Assembly: GCF_900547735.1 (NCBI RefSeq)
Contig: NZ_URHZ01000017.1
Span: forward strand, 5,679-69,678
Reading direction: 5' to 3'
Length of the DNA stretch: 64,000 nucleotides
From: an uncultured Clostridium sp.
GTDB lineage: Bacteria > Bacillota > Clostridia > Lachnospirales > Lachnospiraceae
A program made the translations under genes and the position numbers. Within the stretch, counting starts at the first letter, position 1, and every line of letters begins with the position of its first letter. Of the stretch, positions 42,086 through 51,331 are shown one piece after another. The notes beneath the pieces are model-generated. The model saw only the letters and a program-made list of their open reading frames with translations, made no database searches and was not told the DNA's origin.

Positions 42086-42134
42086 TTGACAGATATGGAA
42101 ATATATGTTAATTTAGATTTAGAATAATTCTAAA
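42086..42134 (+). promoter_or_regulatory. Promoter with a Per/Fur-type 7-1-7 operator
   Basis: TTGACA at 42086, TG-n-TAATTT at 42106-42114, perfect palindrome TTTAGAAT-A-ATTCTAAA at 42118-42134. Confidence 0.75.
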
Positions 42135-42148
42135 ACAGGAGAAAAACA

Positions 42149-42514
42149 ATGAGGTACGGACAAAGCATATTGGAAATTATCAATAGCTCGCATGAACACA
42201 TGACGGCGGAGCAGGTCTTTTTCGCACTAAAGAAACATTTCCCCGCTGTCGTTATTGCGACGGTATATAACAATCTGAACAGCCTTTACCGGCAGGGCAG
42301 TATCCGGAAAATCAGCGTTGAAGGGCAACCCGACCGCTATGACAGAATTACACGGCATGACCATCTGGTTTGCTGCCGATGCGGGAAGCTGTCTGATATT
42401 TTTCTTTCGGATTTAACTGCTGACCTGGAGAAGCAGGTGGGTTTCCAAATTGAAGCATATGATTTGAAGATTCAATATCTTTGTCCTGAATGTAAGAAGA
42501 AAGAGCTGTCATAA
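42149..42514 (+). CDS. Fur family repressor, PerR-like
   Basis: HMTAE, ATVYNNL, RYD...HDHLVCxxC, CPEC. Confidence 0.9.
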   Translation: MRYGQSILEIINSSHEHMTAEQVFFALKKHFPAVVIATVYNNLNSLYRQGSIRKISVEGQPDRYDRITRHDHLVCCRCGKLSDIFLSDLTADLEKQVGFQIEAYDLKIQYLCPECKKKELS

Positions 42515-42571
42515 CCATGTGCGTATGCGGGCGCGGATTCCCGTAAAAATATAATAATAGGAGGACTACAT

Positions 42572-43138
42572 ATGAGAAGTATCACGACATTAGATTTGCA
42601 ATATGCTCACCGGTTTTTCGGTTTTAAGGGTGAAGCACAGTATCTGCACGGACATACGGGTATTCTGACCATCGAGGTGGAAGACACCGTTGAGCCGGGT
42701 GTAAATATGGTTTTCCCATGTAATGAGATTCAAAAGACCGCCTGGGCCGTTTTGAAGAATTTTGATCACGCTCTGATTTTAAGGGAAGACGATCCTTTGC
42801 TGCCTGCCATTCTTGAAGTATATGAAAAGCAGGGTATCCGTGACGGCGCTCCCAACAATCAGATGAAGGGCCCGGCTTTCAAAACCGAGCTTGCGACAGC
42901 CTATCCGGAATGCCGGCTTGTGGTTACAAAAGAAACCATGACGGTTGAGGGCATGATTAAAATTGTTTATGACCTGCTTAAGGATAAACTGAATATTGCA
43001 AAGATCACCTTTACCAGCGGCGTGAATGCAGCTTCCGCAGAGTTTACGACAAAGAATCAGATCGATCGCTGTCCTCTGTGCGGCATTGCCCTGAATGAAA
43101 ACGGTGTCTGCCCGAAATGCGGATATAAGAAAAACTAA
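42572..43138 (+). CDS. QueD/PTPS (T-fold) family protein with C-terminal CxxC-CxxC ribbon
   Basis: AHR...LHGH, FDH, TVE motifs; C-terminal CPLCG...CPKCG. Confidence 0.82.
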   Translation: MRSITTLDLQYAHRFFGFKGEAQYLHGHTGILTIEVEDTVEPGVNMVFPCNEIQKTAWAVLKNFDHALILREDDPLLPAILEVYEKQGIRDGAPNNQMKGPAFKTELATAYPECRLVVTKETMTVEGMIKIVYDLLKDKLNIAKITFTSGVNAASAEFTTKNQIDRCPLCGIALNENGVCPKCGYKKN

Positions 43139-43160
43139 GTAGAACTAGGTAGAACTGCAG

Positions 43161-43204
43161 TCAAAAACAGCGGGTTTTGAACGGCCTGCTGTTTTTGGCA
43201 TTTT
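43161..43204 (+). terminator. Terminator
   Basis: CAAAAACAGC...GCTGTTTTTG stem. Confidence 0.6.
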
Positions 43205-43295
43205 CAAAAAAATAAGTGAACCGCAGCTCATATTTCAATAAAATTCCAGAATACTAATTACCTCATTTTCACATGATAATACCGGGGTGATTAAA

Positions 43296-43475
43296 ATGAT
43301 CGATAACCATGAGCTTCCCATCGGCTTTACCATGGAACTGGCACAGCACTCAGATATACTGAACCGCTTTGCCGCCCTGTCTCACGATGAGCAGGAGCGT
43401 TATATAGACGGTTCCAGAGATGTAGAGAGCCGACAGGAAATGAAGAATTACGTGGAAAATATGTTCCGCGGTTAA
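43296..43475 (+). CDS. Small hypothetical protein (about 59 aa)
   Basis: GGGGTGA SD; protein-like helical sequence ELPIGFTMELAQH...EMKNYVENM. Confidence 0.7.
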   Translation: MIDNHELPIGFTMELAQHSDILNRFAALSHDEQERYIDGSRDVESRQEMKNYVENMFRG

Positions 43476-43518
43476 AGGGCCGGATGCGCGAAATATTCGG
43501 GCCGTGTTTAAAGAAATA

Positions 43519-44004
43519 TCAGGTTTCTGCCATTTCAAGCAGCGTTTTTCCGCTGATGCGGTAAGAAGTCCACTCATCCATCGGCTGAGCGCCCATGGAA
43601 AGGTAGAAATCAATGCTCGGCTGGTTCCAGTCGAGGCACCACCATTCCAGACGGCCGCAGCCTCTCTCTACGGCTGTGGCCGCCAGTTTTTTGAACAGGG
43701 ATTTCCCATAACCTTTCCCACGGTATTCGGGAAGGACAAAGAGATCCTCCAGATAGATTCCGGCTCTTCCGAGGAAGGTCGAGAAATTGTGGAAAAACAG
43801 GGCGAATCCGACCGGAGTGCCGTTCTCCTCCGCAAACAGGACTTCGGCCTTCCCTTTATCAAAGATCCATTCCTCCAGAAGTTCTTCAGTGGCAATGACC
43901 TCATCGGCCATTTTTTCGTATTCGGCCAGTGCTTTGATAAAATCGAGAATCAGTCCGGTATCCTCCCTTTTTGCGCTGCGGAATTTGAGCTGCGGGTTAT
44001 CCAT
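43519..44004 (-). CDS. GNAT N-acetyltransferase (diamine/spermidine acetyltransferase-like)
   Basis: LAEYEK, FSTFLGRAGIYLEDLFV.PEYRGKGYG, EWWCLDWN; GGAGG SD. Confidence 0.92.
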   Translation of the reverse strand: MDNPQLKFRSAKREDTGLILDFIKALAEYEKMADEVIATEELLEEWIFDKGKAEVLFAEENGTPVGFALFFHNFSTFLGRAGIYLEDLFVLPEYRGKGYGKSLFKKLAATAVERGCGRLEWWCLDWNQPSIDFYLSMGAQPMDEWTSYRISGKTLLEMAET

Positions 44005-44056
44005 AATTCGTACCTCCGTAAAAGATAATGTATAAAATTCGAATCTGCACAGGATT

Positions 44057-44098
44057 TGTGACTAAGTCACAGATTAAGAGCAGTTTTATGTTTATAAT
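44057..44098 (+). promoter_or_regulatory. Crp/Fnr-like palindrome and -10 box of the thioredoxin promoter
   Basis: TGTGACT-A-AGTCACA (44057-44071); TATAAT at 44093-44098; no good -35. Confidence 0.7.
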
Positions 44099-44173
44099 AC
44101 AGTCATCGAAGTGATAAGTCTACAGTAACTTAGAACATAGCGGTAATATTTAAATGAAAGGAAATGATCAATC

Positions 44174-44485
44174 ATGGCAGACGTAAAAGAACTGACAACA
44201 CAGAATTTTGATAAAGAAATACTCAGCGCAGAGGGAGGCAGCGTCCTGGTGGACTTCTGGGCAACATGGTGCGGACCGTGCAGAATGCAGGGACCGGCAG
44301 TGGAGAAACTGGCAGTGGCCGGTTATAATGTGGGAAAGGTCAATATCGACGAACAGCCGGAGCTGGCTGAAAAGTTCCAGGTTATGAGCATTCCGACCCT
44401 GATCGTATTTAAGGATGGCAAAATTAAAGAAAAAATGGTTGGTTTACAGTCCCTTCAGACCCTGGAAAAAGCCCTGAAGGCATAA
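44174..44485 (+). CDS. trxA: Thioredoxin
   Basis: VDFWATWCGPC, VMSIPTL. Confidence 0.95.
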   Translation: MADVKELTTQNFDKEILSAEGGSVLVDFWATWCGPCRMQGPAVEKLAVAGYNVGKVNIDEQPELAEKFQVMSIPTLIVFKDGKIKEKMVGLQSLQTLEKALKA

Positions 44486-44569
44486 CAGAACGCCGCAGTA
44501 AAAAAGAAGCTATCAAAGGAATATTAGTTTAAGGCAATACCGTATAAAGGAAGAACAAAATAGAAACAT

Positions 44570-44615
44570 AATAAAAAGGGAAAGTGATGTCAGTGACGCC
44601 GCTTTCCCTTTTTAT
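44570..44615. terminator. Bidirectional terminator
   Basis: ATAAAAAGGGAAAG...CTTTCCCTTTTTAT. Confidence 0.75.
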
Positions 44616-44636
44616 CGGCTCGGCCTCCGGATTTAT

Positions 44637-45314
44637 TCAGGCCGAAATAATCTCGTAGAGCTGTTTCCTGTCCAGGATGTTGATGGTGCCTCTGGATACC
44701 TCGATACAGCCGCTCTTTGCAAGGAGCTTTAAATTGCGGCTCACCGCTTCACGGGCGCTTCCGATGGCCTTTGCAATCTGTTCCTGGGTGAGGGTGAGGG
44801 TCGTGGATTGCTGGGCGACGGATTCATCGATCAGGAACACGGCAATTCTCTGCTGGAGATTCAGGAAAAACATCCTCTCAACCGCGGAGATGACATCCGA
44901 AAAACGTTCGGTCATCAGTTTGTAGGCAAAATTTTCTACATAAATATTGCGCTTCATCAGCGCCTGAAATACGGCGCTTGGGATTAACAGTACATCACAG
45001 TTGGTTTCTGCTTCTATCTGAACATCAAAGGTAATGACGGAAAGGACGCAGGATGCGGAAAGAATGCATATGCTGCCTTCTCTGAGCCTGAACATGGTGG
45101 TCTCTTTTCCTTCGTCGGAAAGTAGAAACGTACGGAGGATTCCCCGACGGATAATCAGGGCTCCAAGGCAATTGGCTTCACCCGAGTGGACGGACTGGCC
45201 TGCCTCATAATGAAGCGGATGCAGGTTGCCGCAAATCAGGTTTTTATCGTCATCGGAGATATGTTCCCAGAAGGGCAGGTTTTTTAAGTATACGGTTACA
45301 TCATTTGACGTCAT
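44637..45314 (-). CDS. Crp/Fnr family regulator
   Basis: cNMP-type beta-roll plus TQEQIAKAIGSAREAVSRNL HTH; several Cys in the sensor domain. Confidence 0.93.
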   Translation of the reverse strand: MTSNDVTVYLKNLPFWEHISDDDKNLICGNLHPLHYEAGQSVHSGEANCLGALIIRRGILRTFLLSDEGKETTMFRLREGSICILSASCVLSVITFDVQIEAETNCDVLLIPSAVFQALMKRNIYVENFAYKLMTERFSDVISAVERMFFLNLQQRIAVFLIDESVAQQSTTLTLTQEQIAKAIGSAREAVSRNLKLLAKSGCIEVSRGTINILDRKQLYEIISA

Positions 45315-45384
45315 ACAAATACCTCTGATTTCTTAAGCGGTGGAAGGCATGTTGCTCAGGCCTTTCACCGCTTCTTTTTAAATA

Positions 45385-46623
45385 TTAATAATTTTTCTTA
45401 TGATACAGGTATCGCGGAATGCCGTCCACCATGACGGGAGAAACATCACCCTGGATTAACGGACGCACATAGCTGATAAATTCTTCGGTCACATAGGTGC
45501 CGTCCTTGTTGATCCACTCACGGGGAACGGTCTTTTCCACATTGGAAACCTTGTGTACATTGCGCAGTTCGGTGGTGCACTGGTATGGGTCATCGGAGAT
45601 TCTCTTTAAGATAACCATCTCCCCGGTGTCACCCTCATCAGCGGCCTTAACTGCGGCGCCGCCAACCTGGAAAGCCTCCAGGATATCGATACGGGAAGCC
45701 AGATGGGAAGCCGCCCGCTGCAGGGAACTGAGTTCGATGCTGCGCGTCTTGCAGCCGATCTCCTGTGCAAGGCGCCGGGCCAGATAGTTGGCGGTTCCGG
45801 TGAGCTGTTTGTGGCCGAAAGCATCGACAAAATCCACACCGTCCGTCAGCTCGCACACATAGCGGCCGTCCTCCAGGCGGATGCCCTCGGATACGGCGGC
45901 CACGACAAAGGGTTTCTTCTTAAGGAGATTCTTTACGCGCTCCAGAAAATCCTCAATATCAAAGGCAACCTCAGGCAGATAGATTAAATCCGGTCCTTCG
46001 CAGTCCTCGCCTTCCGAGAGTGCGGTGGATCCGGTCAGCCAGCCGGCGTTTCTGCCCATTACTTCGATGATGGTTACGAGGCCCTTGCTGTAAACAAGCG
46101 CACTGCTGTCCTGGATGATTTCCTTGGTGGATGTGCCGATGTATTTGGCGGCGCTGCCATAGCCGGGTGTGTGATCGGTAAGCGCAAGATCGTTGTCAAT
46201 CGTCTTCGGCACGCCCACGAATTTCGTCGGATACCCCTTGATGATTGCATAGTCGGACAGCTTCTTAATCGTGTCCATGGAATCGTTGCCGCCTATGTAA
46301 ATGAAACATTCTATATTCAGTTTGTCGAGAATTTCAAAAATTTTCTCGTAGGATTCAATATTTTCATGAATCTCGGGAAGTTTATAACGGCAGGAGCCAA
46401 GATAGGCGGCCGGCGTTCTCTTTAACAGTTCTACGTCTAAATCGGTCTGGATATGCTCAGATAAATCAATATACTTCTCATTTAACAAACCCTCAATGCC
46501 GTGAAGCATTCCGTATACCTTCGGAGCCCCTCTGTCGATGGCGGTCCGGAATACACCGGCGAGACTGGAATTAATGGCAGCGGTAGGCCCGCCTGACTGG
46601 CCGACAATTACATTACCTTTCAT
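45385..46623 (-). CDS. 6-phosphofructokinase, pyrophosphate-dependent type
   Basis: GQSGG, GGNDS and PKTIDND (Asp104/Lys124 signature of PPi-PFKs), EVMGR; GGAGGGG SD before ATG 46623. Confidence 0.9.
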   Translation of the reverse strand: MKGNVIVGQSGGPTAAINSSLAGVFRTAIDRGAPKVYGMLHGIEGLLNEKYIDLSEHIQTDLDVELLKRTPAAYLGSCRYKLPEIHENIESYEKIFEILDKLNIECFIYIGGNDSMDTIKKLSDYAIIKGYPTKFVGVPKTIDNDLALTDHTPGYGSAAKYIGTSTKEIIQDSSALVYSKGLVTIIEVMGRNAGWLTGSTALSEGEDCEGPDLIYLPEVAFDIEDFLERVKNLLKKKPFVVAAVSEGIRLEDGRYVCELTDGVDFVDAFGHKQLTGTANYLARRLAQEIGCKTRSIELSSLQRAASHLASRIDILEAFQVGGAAVKAADEGDTGEMVILKRISDDPYQCTTELRNVHKVSNVEKTVPREWINKDGTYVTEEFISYVRPLIQGDVSPVMVDGIPRYLYHKKNY

Positions 46624-46944
46624 AGTTATACCCCTCCAAACTTTTTTAGTAACGGTGGCCCGTGGAAAGAGCATACAGGTTCCCGTCCACAACGGCGGAA
46701 AGTCATCTGTCCAAACTTTTTACCGTTATAAAATGATTATATCAGTTTTATGATACTACAACAAGAAAAAGTAGGGGAATATTGCTTTTAATGCCAAATT
46801 TCATTATAATAAAATCACATAAAAAATGAGATAACCATCTTTTGAGATGAAATGGAAGCCAATAGAATAAGCGGCAAAGAATTCAGACAGGAACAAATTA
46901 AATAGAAAAATAACAGAAAAGTATTGACATGGGGAAGGAGATAT

Positions 46945-46967
46945 TATATTCTATAGAATATAGAAAA
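46945..46967. promoter_or_regulatory. Candidate GntR operator, copy 1
   Basis: Perfect palindrome TATATTCTATAGAATATA over the -10 region downstream of TTGACA (46924). Confidence 0.75.
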
Positions 46968-46991
46968 CCTTTCCCGCAGATGGGAGAGACA

Positions 46992-47681
46992 ATGCAGATT
47001 AGTGAATTACCAACCGTAGGAAAGATGCCATTGAGTGAAAAAGTATACAGGATTCTGGTCCAGTCAATTGTCAGCGGAGAACTGCCTCCGGGGACCAAGC
47101 TTCAGGAAAAACATATTGCAAAGCAGATGGAAGTCAGCGCAACCCCGGTCAGGGAAGCTTTTAAGAAACTGGTCGGCGATGGTTTTATTGAGATTGTCCC
47201 ATACTGTGGGGCGGTTGTGAAGGAGCTGGACGAGGAAGAGATCAGGGAGGCCTACCACTGCAGGGAGGCGCTGGAGAAGATGGCGCTGGAAGATGCAATC
47301 GGACGGTTTGATGAGAATACCCTGAAGCAGCTCTTTGATATCATTGAAAAGGAGAAGAATACGGAAGATATTCTGGAAGTATCAAGGATTAACAAGAGCT
47401 TTCATAATGTGATTTATCTGACAGCGGACAACACGATGCTCTGCCGTCTGCTCGACATGCTGAATACGGTTATTTCACGTGACATGAAGTACTCCGCCAG
47501 CGATGAGAAGCGGAGAACTGAGATATACCATGAGCATGTTGCGATAGCCGAGGCAATCCGGGATCACGATCTGGAGAGAGCCCAGAATGCGATGGTGACC
47601 CATATCCGTAACGGCCAGAAGTACATAGAGGGACGCCGCCCGGTTTACGGGGAGGACGGTACCCGTGAGCAGGAAAACTAA
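46992..47681 (+). CDS. GntR family (FCD) regulator
   Basis: GELPPGTKLQE...VSATPVREA; REALE; N..FH; EH..I..AI; H. Confidence 0.93.
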   Translation: MQISELPTVGKMPLSEKVYRILVQSIVSGELPPGTKLQEKHIAKQMEVSATPVREAFKKLVGDGFIEIVPYCGAVVKELDEEEIREAYHCREALEKMALEDAIGRFDENTLKQLFDIIEKEKNTEDILEVSRINKSFHNVIYLTADNTMLCRLLDMLNTVISRDMKYSASDEKRRTEIYHEHVAIAEAIRDHDLERAQNAMVTHIRNGQKYIEGRRPVYGEDGTREQEN

Positions 47682-47715
47682 AAAAAGAAGGAAACTTCTT
47701 TTTTTTACTAATATT

Positions 47716-47736
47716 TATTCTATAGAATATAGAAAA
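47716..47736. promoter_or_regulatory. Candidate GntR operator, copy 2
   Basis: TATTCTATAGAATATAGAAAA, identical to 46947-46967. Confidence 0.75.
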
Positions 47737-47771
47737 TAGAAAGTAAATCAATAATAAGGAGGATATACAGG

Positions 47772-48743
47772 ATGAAGAAAATTTTAATGGCAAGAGGGGC
47801 GGACAAAGTGGTGACCACCTGTGTCAAAGTGCAGCCGGGTGAAGAAGTGGTAATTATCACGGAGGAATCCAAGCTGAGCATCGCCGAGGCGGTGGCGGCG
47901 GCTGTTTACCGTGTTGGAGCACAGCCGATACTTACGGTGATGGAGCCGAGGGAACAGGACAGCCAGGAGCCGCCGAAGACGATAGCGGCGGCAATGAAAT
48001 CCAGTGACGCATTTATCTCCGTTGTAGGTAAATCCATCACACACACCAATGCGGTAAAGGATGCGGTCCAGAATGGTTCCAGAGGCGTTGTTCTGACGCA
48101 GTTCAGCGAGGAAATGATGATTCACGGCGGAATCGAGTGTGATTTTGAAGAGGCGAAGGTGGTATGCAAGGCCATGGCGGAGGCTCTGGCCGGTTCCCGG
48201 GAGATTGTGCTGACGACGGCCGCGGGCACCAACCTGCGTTACTCGGCTGCCGGAAGAAGAGGAAATTCCCTCTACTGTATGGTGGAAAAAGGCCAGTTTT
48301 CCACCATACCGACGGTGGAGGCAAACGTATCCCCGCTGGAAGGAACGGCCAACGGCGTGATTATAGCGGACGCCAGCATCCCGTATATCGGTATCGGCGT
48401 TCTGGATGAACCGGTCCGTCTCACGGTGGAAAACGGATTTATCACCTCAATTGAGGGTGGAAAACAGGCTGAAATGCTGAAAGCCGATCTGGCGGCGAAA
48501 AATGATCCCAATGTATACAACATTGCAGAGATGGGAGTGGGCCTGAACCCGCAGTGCCGATTCATGGGATTTATGCTGGAAGACGAGGGCGTGTACGGGT
48601 CGGCCCACATAGGAATCGGAACGAGCATCACACTCGGGGGAGTTGTGAAGGCATCCTGCCACTACGATCTCATTATGAAGGATGCGACCATCATGGCCGA
48701 CGGTAAGACTCTGATGGATGCGGGAAAAGCGCTGGTAATCTGA
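47772..48743 (+). CDS. M29-like metallo-aminopeptidase / amidohydrolase
   Basis: VQPGEEVVII, PTVEA..PLEGTANG, IAEMGVGLNP, EDEG..GSAHIGIG, HYD. Confidence 0.82.
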   Translation: MKKILMARGADKVVTTCVKVQPGEEVVIITEESKLSIAEAVAAAVYRVGAQPILTVMEPREQDSQEPPKTIAAAMKSSDAFISVVGKSITHTNAVKDAVQNGSRGVVLTQFSEEMMIHGGIECDFEEAKVVCKAMAEALAGSREIVLTTAAGTNLRYSAAGRRGNSLYCMVEKGQFSTIPTVEANVSPLEGTANGVIIADASIPYIGIGVLDEPVRLTVENGFITSIEGGKQAEMLKADLAAKNDPNVYNIAEMGVGLNPQCRFMGFMLEDEGVYGSAHIGIGTSITLGGVVKASCHYDLIMKDATIMADGKTLMDAGKALVI

Positions 48744-48911
48744 GTCGTTTAACAGGGGAAATTAACACGCAGTCCGAAAAGAATTTCGGCTAATTTGACG
48801 TGTAATTATTGTTATTATGGGAAATAGCAGATAAAGCTTCAGGCGGGAGGATTACAGGGAGTATAGAGGCGGAAAAGCTTTACCTGAACAGAAGGTCAGG
48901 AGGAATGAACT

Positions 48912-50111
48912 ATGACAATTGGATTAAATGTATATCATACCATAGCAATCGCAGTCGTTATATTAATCTTGGGCGAGGCAATCCGTAAGCGGGTTGCAAT
49001 TTTACAGAAATATTGTATTCCCGTACCGGTAGTCGGCGGCCTGATATGTACGGTTTTGATTCTTATCGGTCACGAGACAGGTGCGTTTGAAATCAAGTTT
49101 GACATGGCGTTTAAAGATTTTTTCATGCTGCTGTTCTATTCCGGAATCGGATTTACGGCAAGCTGGAAACTGTTGAAAAAGGGAGGGCCGCAGGTTATTA
49201 TTTTCCTGGTCATCTCCTCCGTAGTCGTAATATTCCAGAACCTGCTGGGAGTCGGCCTGTCTAAGCTGATGGGCATCGATCCTCTGGTAGGTCTTGCAAC
49301 CGGTTCCATCCCTATGACGGGAGGCCACGGAACATCGGCGGCATTTGCACCTGTTCTGGAAGGGGCCGGCCTTGCAAACGCCAATACGATTTCCCTGGCG
49401 GCGGCCACATTCGGCCTGGTGGCGGGAAGCCTGATTGGCGGCCCGACGGGACGTTTCCTGATCGAACATTACCATTTAAAAAGTTCCGATGCGGCCAGCG
49501 TTGCCGTAAAACTGGACGACAGTGAACTCGGAAAATCGGCAAACGGATCCAGTGAACGTGCCCTGACCGTAGGAGCATACCAGCTTCTTATCGCCGTGTC
49601 ACTGGGCTGTCTTGTTTCGGATTTACTCGCCAAAACCGGCCTTTCATTCCCTGCTTCGGTAGGAGGCATGACGGCAGCGGCCATCATCAGAAACATTGCC
49701 GACAACACGGATCATTTAAAACTGCGCCTGCCGGAAATTTCAATCATCAGCAACATATCGCTTCTTATATTCCTGGCGCTGTCAATGATGACCCTGCAGT
49801 TATGGCAGCTCGCAGACCTCGCAATTCCAATGCTCGTTCTGCTTCTGGCCCAGACCATCCTGATGTTCGTCTGTGCGGTATTCATTACATTTAAGTTCAT
49901 GGGAAAAACATACGACGCCGCTATGATTGCGGTCGGTCACTGCGGTTTCGGACTCGGCGCCGTTCCGACGGCCATGGCCAATATGCAGTCGGTAGAAGAA
50001 AAATACGGTGCATCACCGGATGCCTTCTTTATCGTGCCGCTGGTAGGCAGCCTGTTCATTAACCTCATCAATACATTTGTAATTACAGGTTTTGTGAATT
50101 TTTTGAAGTAG
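48912..50111 (+). CDS. gltS: Sodium/glutamate symporter (ESS family)
   Basis: IPVPVVGG, MTGGHGT, AATFGLVAGSLIGGP, GFGLGAVPTAMANM. Confidence 0.92.
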   Translation: MTIGLNVYHTIAIAVVILILGEAIRKRVAILQKYCIPVPVVGGLICTVLILIGHETGAFEIKFDMAFKDFFMLLFYSGIGFTASWKLLKKGGPQVIIFLVISSVVVIFQNLLGVGLSKLMGIDPLVGLATGSIPMTGGHGTSAAFAPVLEGAGLANANTISLAAATFGLVAGSLIGGPTGRFLIEHYHLKSSDAASVAVKLDDSELGKSANGSSERALTVGAYQLLIAVSLGCLVSDLLAKTGLSFPASVGGMTAAAIIRNIADNTDHLKLRLPEISIISNISLLIFLALSMMTLQLWQLADLAIPMLVLLLAQTILMFVCAVFITFKFMGKTYDAAMIAVGHCGFGLGAVPTAMANMQSVEEKYGASPDAFFIVPLVGSLFINLINTFVITGFVNFLK

Positions 50112-50281
50112 ATATAAGTTCGCGGCCGGGCCGGCCCGGCGGGATGGTGAGAGGAATGCTATGAGTCTTCGATCCTGCTATCCGCGTCCCTTCCCCCACC
50201 TAACATCCTGATTGCAGAACCCTCCCCCATGTGCTATACTGTTATGCAGTTATCAAGGAAACACATATGAGGAGAAGAGAA

Positions 50282-51205
50282 ATGAAAAAAACAGCGCTTG
50301 TAATCATGGCTGCCGGAATCGGAAGCCGTTTTGGAGGCGGGATTAAGCAGTTGGAGCCGGTAGGGCCTAACGGCGAGATTATTATGGATTATTCAATCCA
50401 TGATGCACTTGAAGCAGGTTTTGACCGGATTGTGTTTGTTATCCGCCACGATCTGGAGGATGATTTCAGGGAAGTGATAGGAGACAGAATTGAAAAGATT
50501 GCTCCGGTTTCTTATGCATTCCAGGAACTGGACGATATACCTGACGGATTTTCAGTCCCTGAGGGCAGGAAAAAACCGTGGGGAACGGGTCAGGCGGTAC
50601 TGAGTGTGCGCGATATCGTAAATGAGCCGTTTCTGGTTATCAATGCGGACGACTATTACGGCAAGGAAGTATTTAAGAAGATTCATGATTACATGATTTC
50701 TGAGATGGATGAGAATGCGCCCGTTTATGATGTCTGCATGGGCGGCTTTATTCTGACCAACACATTAAGCGATAACGGCGGAGTTACCAGAGGGGTGTGT
50801 GAAGTAGGGGAAGACGGAGTTTTAAAGCGCGTGACGGAGACTTACAACATTGTTAAAACTCCGGACGGCCTGTCTGCATCCGACAAAGAGGGGAACCCGG
50901 TTACGGTCAGGGCGGATCAGCATGTCTCAATGAATATGTGGGGACTTACGCCTGCGTTTATCAGAGAGCTTGAGAGAGGTTTTCCTGCCTTTCTGCAGAA
51001 TTTGAAAGAAGGCGATATTAAGTCTGAATACCTGCTTCCGACCATCATCGACCAGATGATTAAGGACGGCCGTGTCAGAGTTACGGTGCTGGAAACTCAG
51101 GATCACTGGTTCGGCGTAACCTACAAAGAGGACAAGGCAGGGGTTGCGGAGTCTATCAGGGCACTGATCAGCCAGGGCGTTTATCCGGAAAAGCTGTTTA
51201 ACTGA
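50282..51205 (+). CDS. Sugar-phosphate nucleotidyltransferase family protein
   Basis: MAAGIGSRFGGGIKQL, RKKPWGTG, INADDYYG, WFGVTY. Confidence 0.87.
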   Translation: MKKTALVIMAAGIGSRFGGGIKQLEPVGPNGEIIMDYSIHDALEAGFDRIVFVIRHDLEDDFREVIGDRIEKIAPVSYAFQELDDIPDGFSVPEGRKKPWGTGQAVLSVRDIVNEPFLVINADDYYGKEVFKKIHDYMISEMDENAPVYDVCMGGFILTNTLSDNGGVTRGVCEVGEDGVLKRVTETYNIVKTPDGLSASDKEGNPVTVRADQHVSMNMWGLTPAFIRELERGFPAFLQNLKEGDIKSEYLLPTIIDQMIKDGRVRVTVLETQDHWFGVTYKEDKAGVAESIRALISQGVYPEKLFN

Positions 51206-51331
51206 TTGACCGGAAAAATTAAGGCAGAAATAAAAGAAAATCCCCGGATTGGGGAAGCAATATAGAAACTTTGGAAAAATCCTGCATATGATACCATATA
51301 ACTTCATGCCAGAAGGAGGAATGGGAATCAG

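Noticed and set aside
43504..44028. 174-aa plus-strand ORF
   Set aside because: Antisense to the GNAT gene.
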